Translations under genes and position numbers: made by a program
Part shown: in pieces, positions 38,756 through 49,228 of the stretch
How the letters are laid out: every line of letters begins with the position of its first letter
Position numbering within the stretch: position 1 is the stretch's first letter
Notes under the pieces: model-generated
What the model saw: the letters and a program-made list of their open reading frames with translations, nothing else
What the model was told of the DNA's origin: nothing
Databases searched by the model: none
DNA from: a bacterium
GTDB taxonomy: Bacteria > Patescibacteriota > Minisyncoccia > Phycocordibacterales > UBA12088
Assembly: GCA_003252295.1 (NCBI GenBank)
Contig: QKEV01000008.1
Span: 21,574-85,573, forward strand
Length of the DNA stretch: 64,000 bases
Direction of reading: 5' to 3'

Positions 38756-39926
38756 TACGCAGCAAAAGAAAAAGATTTTTATTCTTAATTACGATTGGCG
38801 TAACATCTTTCAGGATGACAGAGACGAGGTTTTTGAGAAATTACAGAGGGACATGTTTAACCCTGAGGTAAATGAGTTCTTCTTCTTTTCTTGGGCAAAG
38901 AGGTCATACAGTGAGTGTCGTGATACATGGTGCACGGTACACAAGAAAACCTTTGGTCTTGAAAAACTGCGACCACTCTTGAACCTGTGGGCATTTTTCT
39001 CAGTCCCCCTTACGGTGTATAGGCAGAAGGTGCGACCTGATGTGTGGGTGGTGTATGACTTTGGTATGGTACCTGCCGTATGGCTTGCGAGTAAACTTTT
39101 CGGTGGGGTGTTCGTTATGTACGTAAACAACCAAGCACAGATATACTCTGAGACACGGCGTTTTGGAAAAATAAAAGGTGCTTACTCGTGGGTGGCTGAG
39201 CGGATAGGTGCACCTTTTGTGAAGTACTTTTTTACTATCAACGAGACAATGTGTGATTACCTTATAGGTCTTGGTGCAAAGAGGGAGAACATTACTATCT
39301 ACAACGTAAACACTATAAACCGTGACAAGAAATATATAATGCAAGCTAAGGATGGGGTAATACGAACACGTTACAACATTCCACAAGAGACAAAGGTACT
39401 CATGGCAGTAGCTCGCCTAGAGGCAGAAAAAAACTATCCATTACTCATTGAACTTTTTGCAAAACTTTCAAAAGATCATGTGCTGTTTTGTCTTGGTATG
39501 GGAAGTCTTGAGAAGGAGTTAAAAAAACAAGCAGAAGCACTTGGTGTACGGGAGCGTATCTTTTTCCCGGGGTTTGTGGAACGTAACGATATTTGGAACT
39601 ACTACAAAGATGCGGATGTCTTCGTGTTGCTTTCAAAAGCCGAGGCGCTTGGTATAGTTTTCTGGGAAGCAATGTATGTAAACGTGCCCTGCATAGGTAG
39701 TGAAGTAGAGGGTATAATGGAGTCTCTGGGAGAGCAGGGTGAACGTGGGAAAATATGGCGCGAGCGTGAGGGTGAAGAAGGTTTTAAAAAGCTTATTGCT
39801 TTTTGTACGACAGAGAGTGAGGAAAGAAGTAAAATGGTCCAACAAGCGAAAAGTTTTGTTGAAGAACAGTTAAAGAACCATGCTACCATAAATGACTTTC
39901 TTGAAAATTTTGAATATGAAAAATAG
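38745..39926 (+). CDS. Glycosyltransferase family 4
   Basis: The C-terminus has EALGIVFWEAMYVNVPCIGSEVEG, the GT4 E-x7-E-like region. Confidence 0.7.
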   Translation: MESDTQQKKKIFILNYDWRNIFQDDRDEVFEKLQRDMFNPEVNEFFFFSWAKRSYSECRDTWCTVHKKTFGLEKLRPLLNLWAFFSVPLTVYRQKVRPDVWVVYDFGMVPAVWLASKLFGGVFVMYVNNQAQIYSETRRFGKIKGAYSWVAERIGAPFVKYFFTINETMCDYLIGLGAKRENITIYNVNTINRDKKYIMQAKDGVIRTRYNIPQETKVLMAVARLEAEKNYPLLIELFAKLSKDHVLFCLGMGSLEKELKKQAEALGVRERIFFPGFVERNDIWNYYKDADVFVLLSKAEALGIVFWEAMYVNVPCIGSEVEGIMESLGEQGERGKIWREREGEEGFKKLIAFCTTESEERSKMVQQAKSFVEEQLKNHATINDFLENFEYEK

Positions 39927-40536
39927 TTACAAACCAAGTTTACTGTACATTATTAAAGCGAGGCTCAAAGGAAAGAGTTTTGTGTATGAGTACTACTGTA
40001 AGGGTAAGAATACCTTGGACCTCGGATGTGGTGAGGGAGAGTTTTTACAACATGATAAGGAAAACATGAATGGGGTTGATCTCAACAAACGAGCTATAGC
40101 GAGGTTAGAGAGTGAGGGGTATAAGGTGAAGGAGGGAAGTGTTACAGACTTACCATATGAGAGTAATACCTTTGAAGTGGTCCATTGTCACAATGTTATT
40201 GAGCATGTTGATATAGCTACCGCATATACACTCCTTGAAGAAGCTAACAGGGTACTTAAAACTGGTGGGTATCTAGTACTTTCTTCTGAGGTAGTAACGA
40301 AAAAGTTTTGGGATACTTTTGGACATGTAAAACCATACCCACCTCATGCAGTGATAAAACTTCTGCGACCAGATAGTAGAGAAGGGTTTGATGGGGTAGA
40401 GGGTTTTGAACCAGTCGGTTTGTTTTATATAGGGGAGTACTTTAAGAATAAGGTGCTGTACCTACTCTCTTTTTGTCTTGGGTATCTAACACCTCTTTTG
40501 CGAAGAGAGTATTTCTTGGTTTTAAGAAAGCAGTAA
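39892..40536 (+). CDS. Class I SAM-dependent methyltransferase
   Basis: LDLGCGEGEF (motif I) ... VVHCHNVIEHV. Confidence 0.75.
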   Translation: MTFLKILNMKNSYKPSLLYIIKARLKGKSFVYEYYCKGKNTLDLGCGEGEFLQHDKENMNGVDLNKRAIARLESEGYKVKEGSVTDLPYESNTFEVVHCHNVIEHVDIATAYTLLEEANRVLKTGGYLVLSSEVVTKKFWDTFGHVKPYPPHAVIKLLRPDSREGFDGVEGFEPVGLFYIGEYFKNKVLYLLSFCLGYLTPLLRREYFLVLRKQ

Positions 40537-41490
40537 TTGAGATATATGAGGCAGATTTCATACGTGATTCCAGTTTACAATGAAGAAGATACTTTATCAG
40601 AATTGTATAAGGAACTTTCTAAGGTGCTTGAAAAGATTGAGTGTATTTTTGAATTGATTTTTATAAATGATGGTAGTACAGATAGTTCATTAAAAATATT
40701 AAAAGAGCTTCAAAAAGGTGACCCAAGAATAGTTATAGTAGAATTTTCAAGGAATTTTGGGCACCAGATAGCAATTACCGCTGGAATTGACTATGCGCAG
40801 GGGGATGCAGTTATTGTGATGGATGGAGATTTGCAAGATCCTCCTACTGTAAGTTTGAGATTTATTGAAGAGTGGGAAAAAGGCGCTGAGGTGGTATATG
40901 GACAAAGAAGAACCAGAAAGGACACTTGGTTTAAAGAAAAAACAGCCAATTTGTTTTATAAGGTTTTAAACTTACTTTCTGATGTAGAAATACCTCAAAA
41001 TACTGGGGATTTCAGATTGATGGACAGAAAGGTGGTTGAAGTTATAAAACAAATAAGAGAACATAATCGTTTTATGCGTGGTCTCTCTAGTTATGTTGGT
41101 TTTAAACAAAAAGCTGTTTTATTTGATAGAGATGAGCGTTACGCGGGTGTGACTCACTATCCACTTAAGAAAATGATCAAGTTATCACTTGATGCGATTA
41201 TTGGTTTTTCGACAGTACCACTTAAATTGATTAGTAGACTGGGGTTTGTTGTTTCTGGGTTAAGTATTTGTGGAATTGTATATGCTTTATTTATGAAGTT
41301 TTTCTATGCATCAATTACAGTTTCTGGATGGACCTTTCTTGTAATCTCAATCTTCTTCTTAAGTGGTATACAAATGATAATACTTGGGGTAATAGGAGGA
41401 TACTTGGGAAGAATCTATGACGAGGTTCGAAATCGTCCGCTTTATATTATTTCTCGTGTGAGTCGTGGAAAAAGTATCGAAAGCATCTAA
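40537..41490 (+). CDS. GT2 polyprenyl-phosphate glycosyltransferase (GtrB/DPM1/ArnC-like) with C-terminal TM helices
   Basis: ISYVIPVYNEEDTL...INDGSTDSS...DGDLQDPP (DxD), plus two C-terminal hydrophobic helices. Confidence 0.85.
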   Translation: MRYMRQISYVIPVYNEEDTLSELYKELSKVLEKIECIFELIFINDGSTDSSLKILKELQKGDPRIVIVEFSRNFGHQIAITAGIDYAQGDAVIVMDGDLQDPPTVSLRFIEEWEKGAEVVYGQRRTRKDTWFKEKTANLFYKVLNLLSDVEIPQNTGDFRLMDRKVVEVIKQIREHNRFMRGLSSYVGFKQKAVLFDRDERYAGVTHYPLKKMIKLSLDAIIGFSTVPLKLISRLGFVVSGLSICGIVYALFMKFFYASITVSGWTFLVISIFFLSGIQMIILGVIGGYLGRIYDEVRNRPLYIISRVSRGKSIESI

Positions 41491-41491
41491 T

Positions 41492-43222
41492 ATGAAGCAC
41501 TTTATTTCGTACTCGCTAATCGGTGTTGTTGGAGCAACATTAGATTTTGTTTTGTTTTTGTTACTTTTGCGTATCGGTATATATTATCAATTTGCAAATT
41601 TTTTTAGTACTTGTGCAGGTATTTTTAATAATTTTTTTCTTAATTCTTACTTTAATTTTAAAAAAACGGATAAATTATTACTCCGACTCGCAAGCTTTTT
41701 TAGTGTTGGACTTTTAGGTCTTGCAGTAACTACTTTGTTGCTTGCATTTTTTGTGGGTGTGCTTGACCTTAATGCTGGTTTTGTTAAATTTTTTTCAATT
41801 GGAGTTATTACTGTAGTGCAGTTTACACTCAATAAACATATTACTTTTCGTAACAGAAAAAAAGTACCTCAAGGAATTCCACGAGGGCATGTTGCGATAA
41901 TAGGGGGTGGTTTTACAGGACTTGTTGCTGCATACGAACTTTCAAAGTATGAACATATACAGGTAACTTTATTTGAGGGAGGTAAAGAAGTTGGTGGGTT
42001 GGCTGCATCAACAAAAATAGAGAATGAGTCAATTGAGGCGGCTTACCATCACACATTTATGGGTGACAAGGAACTCAAAAGACTTTTAATAGAACTTGGG
42101 ATAGAAAAACAAATGCAATGGTTACCAAGTAGTGTAGGGTTATATGTTGGAGGTACAATGTATTCTTTCATGGGAGCTATCGATTTACTCCGTTTCAAAG
42201 CATTGCCTTTTTTTGATCGTTTACGTACAGGTGTTATTTCAGTTATGTTACAGATGTTGCCATGGTGGGAATGCTTAACTACTCAAAAGGCATATACCTG
42301 GGTCTATCGTTGGTATGGAAAACGAGCAAGTCAAGTTATATGGGGTCCACTATTGCAGGCAAAATTTTCTACATACTATAAAGATATATCCATGGCGTGG
42401 CTTTGGGCACGATTACATAGCCGTGGCGCTTCACGGAAAAATATTTTTTCAAAGGAGCTACTCGGTTACCCTAAAGGCGGGTACCAAGTAATCGTTGCAG
42501 TTATTGTTGAAGAGTTACAAAGGCGTGGGGTAAATATTTTGACGAATGCACAAATTACTTCTGTAGATAATACTTCAGTTGAATATGGTGGTATAAGCAC
42601 TAGTTTTGACAAGATACTTTTTACCACCTCATCAAAGGTTGCTTCTCAACTTATCAAACCATCAGTTATTAGTAAAGAATATAGATGGTACAAGGAAAAG
42701 TTGAGCTCAATCCATTACATTTCTGCCGTGACACTTTTATTTTCTTCAACTCAAAATATAAGTTCATATTATTGGAATACTGTTGCTGACGATTCAATTC
42801 CATTTCTTGTTTTTATTCAGCATACCAAACTTGTGTCTAAGGGTAACTATGGTGGTAATCATGTATATTATATTGGATCATATCTTTCTAATAATGATAA
42901 ACAATTAACAATGAAAGATGAGGAGTTGATTAATTATTGGTTTTTGGGTTTAAAGAAAATGTTTCCTCATTTTGATCGTTCGTGTGTAAGGGAGAAACAG
43001 TTATTTCGTTTTTCGAATGCACAACATGTCGTTGACACTTCTTATGTATCGCGTATACCTTCTTATCAAACTCCGCTCCCAAATGTATTTATTGCAAACT
43101 TTTCTCAAATTTTTCCTGAGGATCGTGGTATAAATTATGCTGTACGAGAAGGTAAACGTGTTTCTGAATATATGATAAATTCTTTAACTGAACAAAAAGA
43201 TACTAATGATATAAAGGGATAA
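41492..43222 (+). CDS. Fusion protein: GtrA-like membrane domain + NAD(P)/FAD-dependent oxidoreductase (amine-oxidase/UGM-like fold)
   Basis: The N-terminal ~130 aa have 4 TM helices with the GtrA-family pattern (SYSLIGVVGATLDFVLF...). Then VAIIGGGFTGLVAAYEL (GxGxxG) follows. It is a paralog of 47648..49228. Confidence 0.65.
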   Translation: MKHFISYSLIGVVGATLDFVLFLLLLRIGIYYQFANFFSTCAGIFNNFFLNSYFNFKKTDKLLLRLASFFSVGLLGLAVTTLLLAFFVGVLDLNAGFVKFFSIGVITVVQFTLNKHITFRNRKKVPQGIPRGHVAIIGGGFTGLVAAYELSKYEHIQVTLFEGGKEVGGLAASTKIENESIEAAYHHTFMGDKELKRLLIELGIEKQMQWLPSSVGLYVGGTMYSFMGAIDLLRFKALPFFDRLRTGVISVMLQMLPWWECLTTQKAYTWVYRWYGKRASQVIWGPLLQAKFSTYYKDISMAWLWARLHSRGASRKNIFSKELLGYPKGGYQVIVAVIVEELQRRGVNILTNAQITSVDNTSVEYGGISTSFDKILFTTSSKVASQLIKPSVISKEYRWYKEKLSSIHYISAVTLLFSSTQNISSYYWNTVADDSIPFLVFIQHTKLVSKGNYGGNHVYYIGSYLSNNDKQLTMKDEELINYWFLGLKKMFPHFDRSCVREKQLFRFSNAQHVVDTSYVSRIPSYQTPLPNVFIANFSQIFPEDRGINYAVREGKRVSEYMINSLTEQKDTNDIKG

Positions 43223-43226
43223 TTGT

Positions 43227-44888
43227 ATGTTATTTGATTTTGGTTCAATTAAAAAACATGGAATGATCGTCACCTTTCTTTTTGTCTGGACTTGCCTACA
43301 TGTGGTTGGTGTTACTTATGGTACCCATAATCTTCCATTACACCAGTCATATATAGGAGATGAACAAGCTCCAGTAAATGGTGCTTTGCATATCTTGCAA
43401 GATAAAAGTTTGTTAGCTGTACACAATTTAAAAACCTTATACTATGGTCCAGTTTTTGCGGTCTTTGCGTTACCAGCTGTAGTATCTGATTTTACTGTAC
43501 GGTTTGTGACAGGTGAGGTTTCTGGTGCTGATGATTATAAAAATTTTATTTTGTGGAATTGGGGAGGAATAGTTCTTGGTATACGGATTACAGCAACACT
43601 GGTAAGCTTAATGACTCTCATATTTGTGTACAAAATATTGTCCTTAGAAAGTATTAATGAAAAGAAGGATATGTTATTAGCTTTTTTTGGTACAACAATC
43701 GTTGGTTTAAATTTTTATTTTTTTGAATATTCACATTTTTTTAAACATTGGGTCTTTGTGATTTTCTTTTTGGTGGCACAAATATATTTTGCATTACGTT
43801 TACGTGAGGTAGATGGTAAAAGAAGTATCTACTGGATTTTGCATGGTATATGCTTTGTTTTAAGTTTCGGTATTAACTATTTGAGCGCTATATACGCAAT
43901 AGCTTTTCTACCACTACTTTATCTTTTGTGGATTAAAAAAGATAAAGTAGCAAGAAAATATATCTACCTTTATGTGGGTGGTGTGTCATTTACATCATTA
44001 CTAATATTGTTGTGGCATCCCTATGCCTTTTTAAGATATTTAGGTTTTTTAAATATAGGTGATGTAACTTCAGGAGGTGTTGGGAATACCTATAATCCGG
44101 TAACCTCCGTGGATAATTCATGGGGGTATTACTTAACAGAAATATTTTTCAATAATCTTCCTTTAGTTATTGGTGTATTAATTTTGCTATACTTACTGTA
44201 TAAAAGAGGTGTTATAAAAAAACAACTCTATTGGTTGTGGATGTTTATAAGCATTGCTTTAATAAACATGTTAGTCTTCTGTCCATCAACACATCATGAA
44301 GGGAGGTACATGCTTCCAACTATTATGATGTTACTTTTGTTGACAGGTGTTGCGTTGGTTAAATTTATAAACAATATCAAAAATCACGAGTTAGTGATCT
44401 TTCGTTTAGTATCTCTATTGTTAATTTTATATATTGGTTTTCATGTTGTGCATATCGGAAAATGGATAGAAATATATGCCCAAGGTCCGGTTGAAAAAGA
44501 GATATTAAAAGAAATATTTGAAAGGCAGGAAAAAAATGAAGACTTGTCTACAAATCCCGTTTTGCTTATACAGTCATATATTGCAGGTAATGTGCATACC
44601 AAAGAAGCATATGAGTTTTATATTGAAAAGAGGGGACGTGAAGATATGAATTTATATAAAGCGATAATGTCTGCACCACTCCCTGATAATATAGATTTAC
44701 TAAATGCACGTTATGTTTTTGATCAAGATCTACCTCAGGGGTATTTAGAAATTTCTGAATATGAAATGGTGTACCAGTATCTTACACCTAGATCTAAGGA
44801 ACTTAACTTGTTTGATTATTTTGATGAGAATCTGTTGAGACTTTGGTATTGGAAAAGTTTTTCTCCAAGGTATGTAAGAATAAAGTAA
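43227..44888 (+). CDS. Polytopic membrane protein, probable GT-C glycosyltransferase (ArnT/PMT-like)
   Basis: About 12 TM helices. There is an N-terminal loop with GDEQ (DE-type motif). Its position is after the GT2 + GtrA genes. Confidence 0.5.
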   Translation: MLFDFGSIKKHGMIVTFLFVWTCLHVVGVTYGTHNLPLHQSYIGDEQAPVNGALHILQDKSLLAVHNLKTLYYGPVFAVFALPAVVSDFTVRFVTGEVSGADDYKNFILWNWGGIVLGIRITATLVSLMTLIFVYKILSLESINEKKDMLLAFFGTTIVGLNFYFFEYSHFFKHWVFVIFFLVAQIYFALRLREVDGKRSIYWILHGICFVLSFGINYLSAIYAIAFLPLLYLLWIKKDKVARKYIYLYVGGVSFTSLLILLWHPYAFLRYLGFLNIGDVTSGGVGNTYNPVTSVDNSWGYYLTEIFFNNLPLVIGVLILLYLLYKRGVIKKQLYWLWMFISIALINMLVFCPSTHHEGRYMLPTIMMLLLLTGVALVKFINNIKNHELVIFRLVSLLLILYIGFHVVHIGKWIEIYAQGPVEKEILKEIFERQEKNEDLSTNPVLLIQSYIAGNVHTKEAYEFYIEKRGREDMNLYKAIMSAPLPDNIDLLNARYVFDQDLPQGYLEISEYEMVYQYLTPRSKELNLFDYFDENLLRLWYWKSFSPRYVRIK

Positions 44889-44924
44889 AGACACTTTTTA
44901 GTATATGATATTTATTTAATTTTT

Positions 44925-45848
44925 ATGTCAGAAAATATCGAAAAAAATTTTGTTCATATAATTGGAATTGGAGCTTACAAAGCAGCAAGCACTTGGGTGC
45001 ACACATGTTTACGTGAACACCCAGAAATATGTACAGCAACACTTAAGGAGACAAATTTTTTTGGTTCAAATTTTGAAAAAGGGTTTGATTGGTATAAAGG
45101 TCTTTTTGGTGATTATAAAGAAAAAGAACATTTACGTGCTGAATTTTCTCCTGAATATTTAGTAAACAAGGAATCTGCAGGAATGATAAAGATGTATGCA
45201 CCAGACGCAAAACTTATAGTAAGTTTACGAAATCCAATAAATAAAATCTCATCTCGTTATTATTATGATATAACAATTGGAAAGAAAAAACAGAGATTAG
45301 GTTTGAATGAGTGGTTAGAAAAAAACATCGAAAAGCCTAGTAAGTATTTTTTATCTGTTCTTGAGGAAAACAAATACTCCAGTGGTCTGAAGTTGTATTA
45401 TAGTCTTTTCCCAAAAGAACAGATATGTATTGTTTTGGTAGATGATATTAAGAAGGATCCTAAAATGGTGATCAGTAAAATATATAGTTTTCTTGAAGTT
45501 AATAGTACTTTTATTCCTGAAAGTTTGGAAAAAAAAGTAAATTTTACTACTGCAGATACTGTACATTTTCCTGCAATTAATAGATTTCTTTTTCAAATAC
45601 AGGCGAAGGTTAAGAATAGTCATTACGCTAATTTTTTTGTTCCAATGCTTAAGTTTTGTGGTTTTAATTTTCTTGCTAAGAAGCTTTTTCACATAAACAG
45701 AAATCATAAGGATGAAAATCATAGGGAATTAAAAAAGGAAAAAATAAGACAAGATTTAAGAAGAGAATTATATTCTCTTTTTGAGAATGATATCAAGGAA
45801 ACAGAAAAGCTGATTGGTAAAAAACTAGATGGTTGGAAAATTGATTAA
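44925..45848 (+). CDS. Sulfotransferase (PAPS-dependent)
   Basis: The 5'-PSB-like motif is YKAASTW (K-x-x-S/T-T-W). The 3'-PB-like motif is SLRNPINKISSRYYY (RNPxDxxxSxY). Confidence 0.65.
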   Translation: MSENIEKNFVHIIGIGAYKAASTWVHTCLREHPEICTATLKETNFFGSNFEKGFDWYKGLFGDYKEKEHLRAEFSPEYLVNKESAGMIKMYAPDAKLIVSLRNPINKISSRYYYDITIGKKKQRLGLNEWLEKNIEKPSKYFLSVLEENKYSSGLKLYYSLFPKEQICIVLVDDIKKDPKMVISKIYSFLEVNSTFIPESLEKKVNFTTADTVHFPAINRFLFQIQAKVKNSHYANFFVPMLKFCGFNFLAKKLFHINRNHKDENHRELKKEKIRQDLRRELYSLFENDIKETEKLIGKKLDGWKID

Positions 45849-45986
45849 ATTAATCAACATTTTTAAATTCCTTATTCTCTATATAAGAGCTTTAAAATAA
45901 GAGGAGATAACAGAAAGCGGTTATGGACACTTCTTGTTTTTGTTATGTGGTGGAAAAAATGGGTGAAAAAAAACGATTAAAGTGTT

Positions 45987-47027
45987 TTATGAAAGCCACT
46001 TTAAAATCTTAATCACTCCCATTTTAGCGTTTTGTTTATGTGCAGACACGTTTTGACGTGTTGCAATGGAAGTTTTGTTCTCATGGTAATACTTGTATGC
46101 CTCAAGAAGCATGTCTTCGTTGGTGTGGGTTGGTTGCCAATCCATCTCCTTCTTTATCTTGGCTGTGTCAAAAATAAAGTCTTCAGCTATCATCTTGTAT
46201 TGATAAGGACCAAGTGGTGATAATCCAAGTTTGTGTGCTAGACGCATAACCCACAAAATGAGTTTACGCGGTAGCCCTCTCACCTTTGATGTGGAATTGG
46301 TGTGTGTGATGACGTACTCATACACCTCCTTAAAACTTTTTACATTATCACTACCAATGTTGTAAATAACAGTTTTTTGTACATCAAGTGCTTTCAGGCA
46401 TGCATTAACAAGATCGTCTGCATAAATAAATTGGTATTTATTTTTACCACCACCTACAACCCAGACAATTCGGTTTTCATCCATAAACTCATACAAGATT
46501 GATAAAAGACCTAAACGACCTGCAGATATAATCGTTGGGCATCGAAACATTACTGAATGAATATGGTTACTGTATTCTGTGAGAATTTTCTCACCCTCAA
46601 CTTTTGTTTTACCGTAAATCTCAACAGGATTTGGTGTGTCTGTTTCTAGTACTGGTCGCCCCATAGGTTCACCCCAAAGGCAGTTGCTCGAGATAAAGAT
46701 AATTTGATCTGTGCCATGTTTCCTACACATTTCCGCAATGTTGCGTGTTCCATCGACGTTTGATTCCCATAAAAATTGCTTATCTTTTGCAATGTGTGCT
46801 AGCTGTGCCGCCAGATGAAATACACCATCAAATGGTCCATGTGCGCTAAAAATACTATCTAGGAGTTTCTGGTCTCGTATATCGCCGACGATACTTACCA
46901 GGTTGGTGTGTATCTTATCGTCGGGTTCTAGATCAATGTTTACAACACGGTGTCCATCCTTAAGGAGACGTTCTTTTAGAATCGTGCCAAAAAAACCTGA
47001 GCCACCTGTAATCAAAAAACTCTTCAT
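45987..47027 (-). CDS. NAD-dependent epimerase/dehydratase (extended SDR)
   Basis: FLITGGSGFFGT Rossmann motif and YGKTK (YxxxK). Confidence 0.85.
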   Translation of the reverse strand: MKSFLITGGSGFFGTILKERLLKDGHRVVNIDLEPDDKIHTNLVSIVGDIRDQKLLDSIFSAHGPFDGVFHLAAQLAHIAKDKQFLWESNVDGTRNIAEMCRKHGTDQIIFISSNCLWGEPMGRPVLETDTPNPVEIYGKTKVEGEKILTEYSNHIHSVMFRCPTIISAGRLGLLSILYEFMDENRIVWVVGGGKNKYQFIYADDLVNACLKALDVQKTVIYNIGSDNVKSFKEVYEYVITHTNSTSKVRGLPRKLILWVMRLAHKLGLSPLGPYQYKMIAEDFIFDTAKIKKEMDWQPTHTNEDMLLEAYKYYHENKTSIATRQNVSAHKQNAKMGVIKILKWLS

Positions 47028-47054
47028 ATTCTCTATCCTATCATAATAATGTCC

Positions 47055-47492
47055 TTATATTCGGTTATCTGAAAATGCAAAGAACTTTATTGCAAAAAAA
47101 TTAACAAAAAAACCAACCACCAGCGCAATACCTTTTGCCGGCATAACTTCGCAGGACGCGCCCTCAACTAATGCTATCACAACCAATAAATTAACGAGTA
47201 GACCAAAACCACTTGAAGCATAGTGTTTAATACATGTTCGAGTCCATGATGAGGAACGAGCAAAGACAAACTTATTTGAAAAGAGAAAGTTGGTCATTGT
47301 TCCTGACATAAAACCTGCGAAAACTGCAACAGTGTAGTGTACAAAAGGAACTTTTAGTACGAGATACACTGACAAAAGGTCTACGCATGCTGAAACAATA
47401 CTTACAAACAAGTAACGAAATAGTTGCCAAGTAAGGAATTTTGGAAATGGTACTGTAAGCAGTTTTTCTTGTAGATGGGTGTAAATGTTCAC
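47055..47492 (-). CDS. GtrA-family polysaccharide-synthesis membrane protein
   Basis: 145 aa with 4 TM helices. GtrA-like motifs (RYLFVSIVSACVDLL...FLFSNKFVF). Confidence 0.75.
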   Translation of the reverse strand: MNIYTHLQEKLLTVPFPKFLTWQLFRYLFVSIVSACVDLLSVYLVLKVPFVHYTVAVFAGFMSGTMTNFLFSNKFVFARSSSWTRTCIKHYASSGFGLLVNLLVVIALVEGASCEVMPAKGIALVVGFFVNFFAIKFFAFSDNRI

Positions 47493-47647
47493 GTACCTAC
47501 AATAATAATATATTTACAGTATGTTAACTACGTTTTATATGTAATTTCTATGATTGAGTATGAGTTTAGATGGAACTATAAGGATGGTATACTGGAATTA
47601 TTAAAGCAGTAAGCCAAATTCTAAGCTAATTCGGAATATTTATCATT

Positions 47648-49228
47648 ATGAAAAAGAAAGCAGTAATTATAGGTGGTGGTCCTGCAGGTCTAACAGCAGC
47701 GCATGAGTTGCTTGCTACTACTGATATACATCCTGTGGTGTTTGAGAAGGGTGAAATGTTTGGTGGTATAGCAAGAACAGAGAACTATAAAGGCAACAGG
47801 ATAGATATCGGTGGACATCGTTTTTTCTCAAAATCAGACAGGGTGATGGATTTCTGGCGAGCTTTTCTACCTGTTCAAGGGTACCCTGCGCAGGATGAGA
47901 TCAAACTTGGAGTAAAGAAGAGAGAAGAGTTTGTGTCAGATGGACCAGATCCGGAAAAAACTAACAATGTTATGTTGATACGTAGCAGACTGTCGAGGAT
48001 ATTTTACCTACGTAAGTTTTTTGACTATCCTGTAACGCTCAGTAAAAACACGTTACTCAACTTGGGTATAGTGAGAGTTGCTCGCATAGGTTTCAGCTAC
48101 ATAAAGATACGACTGTTTCCAAGAAAAGAAGAGAATTCGCTCGAAGACTTCTTTATTAACCGCTTTGGTGTTGAACTGTATAAAACTTTTTTTAAGGATT
48201 ACACGGAAAAGGTGTGGGGAATTCCTTGTACAAAGATAAAGGCAGAGTGGGGTGCACAGAGAATAAAAGGTCTATCTGTTACGAAGACTGTTTTACACGC
48301 ACTGCGTTCAGTACTTCCTAAGAGGAAAAGTATTGAGCAGAAAGATACTGAAACAAGTCTCATCGAAACATTTCTCTACCCTAAGCTTGGTCCGGGACAG
48401 ATGTGGGAGTCTGTAGCTCAAAGCATCATTGAAAGTGGTGGAGAAACTATCCTTAATAGTGAGATAGTGCGTATAAAGCTGCAAGGTAAAAAAGTTGTGT
48501 CGGTAACAGTAAAAGACAGAGGAAGTGGTAAAGAAGAAAGTGTTCCTGCTGACTACATCTTTTCAACCATGCCGATAAAAGAACTCATCACTTCCATGGA
48601 AGGTAGTGTTCCTGAAAGGGTGCATACTCTTGCGAAGGGACTTGAGTATAGGGACTTTATGACGGCTGGGTTGTTGCTCAACAAACTAAAGATTAAAAAC
48701 GAGACAAACATTAAAACAGTGGGGAACATCATTCCTGATAATTGGATATATATCCAAGAGCCGGATGTGAAGGTGGGAAGACTTCAGTTTTTTAACAACT
48801 GGAGTCCATATCTAGTGAGCAATGCAAACAAAGTCTGGATTGGGATGGAGTACTTTGCGAGTGAAGGGGATAAGCTTTGGTCGATGAGTGATGAAGCATT
48901 TTTAGAATTTGCAAAAGAGGAGCTTGCAAAGATAGGTATTTCTGATGAGAGTGATGTGGTAGATGGGGTGGTGATACGCGCTCCTAAAGCATATCCATCG
49001 TATACCGGAGAAGGGTATGACCACTTTAGTGAGATACGAGACTTTTGTGACAGTATTGAGAACTTGTACTTGATAGGTAGGAACGGTATGCATAAGTACA
49101 ACAACCAGGATCATTCAATGCTTTCAGCTTTTGAGGCAGTACGTCATATCCGTGAGAATTTGAAGACAAAAGAAAACATTTGGAACGTAAATGCGGAAAA
49201 GGAATATCATGAGGAGAAAAGTTCATAG
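47648..49228 (+). CDS. NAD(P)/FAD-dependent oxidoreductase (amine-oxidase/UDP-galactopyranose-mutase-like fold)
   Basis: [17 protein letters not shown] ... GGHRFFS. The family is shared with the C-terminal domain of 41492..43222. Confidence 0.7.
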   Translation: MKKKAVIIGGGPAGLTAAHELLATTDIHPVVFEKGEMFGGIARTENYKGNRIDIGGHRFFSKSDRVMDFWRAFLPVQGYPAQDEIKLGVKKREEFVSDGPDPEKTNNVMLIRSRLSRIFYLRKFFDYPVTLSKNTLLNLGIVRVARIGFSYIKIRLFPRKEENSLEDFFINRFGVELYKTFFKDYTEKVWGIPCTKIKAEWGAQRIKGLSVTKTVLHALRSVLPKRKSIEQKDTETSLIETFLYPKLGPGQMWESVAQSIIESGGETILNSEIVRIKLQGKKVVSVTVKDRGSGKEESVPADYIFSTMPIKELITSMEGSVPERVHTLAKGLEYRDFMTAGLLLNKLKIKNETNIKTVGNIIPDNWIYIQEPDVKVGRLQFFNNWSPYLVSNANKVWIGMEYFASEGDKLWSMSDEAFLEFAKEELAKIGISDESDVVDGVVIRAPKAYPSYTGEGYDHFSEIRDFCDSIENLYLIGRNGMHKYNNQDHSMLSAFEAVRHIRENLKTKENIWNVNAEKEYHEEKSS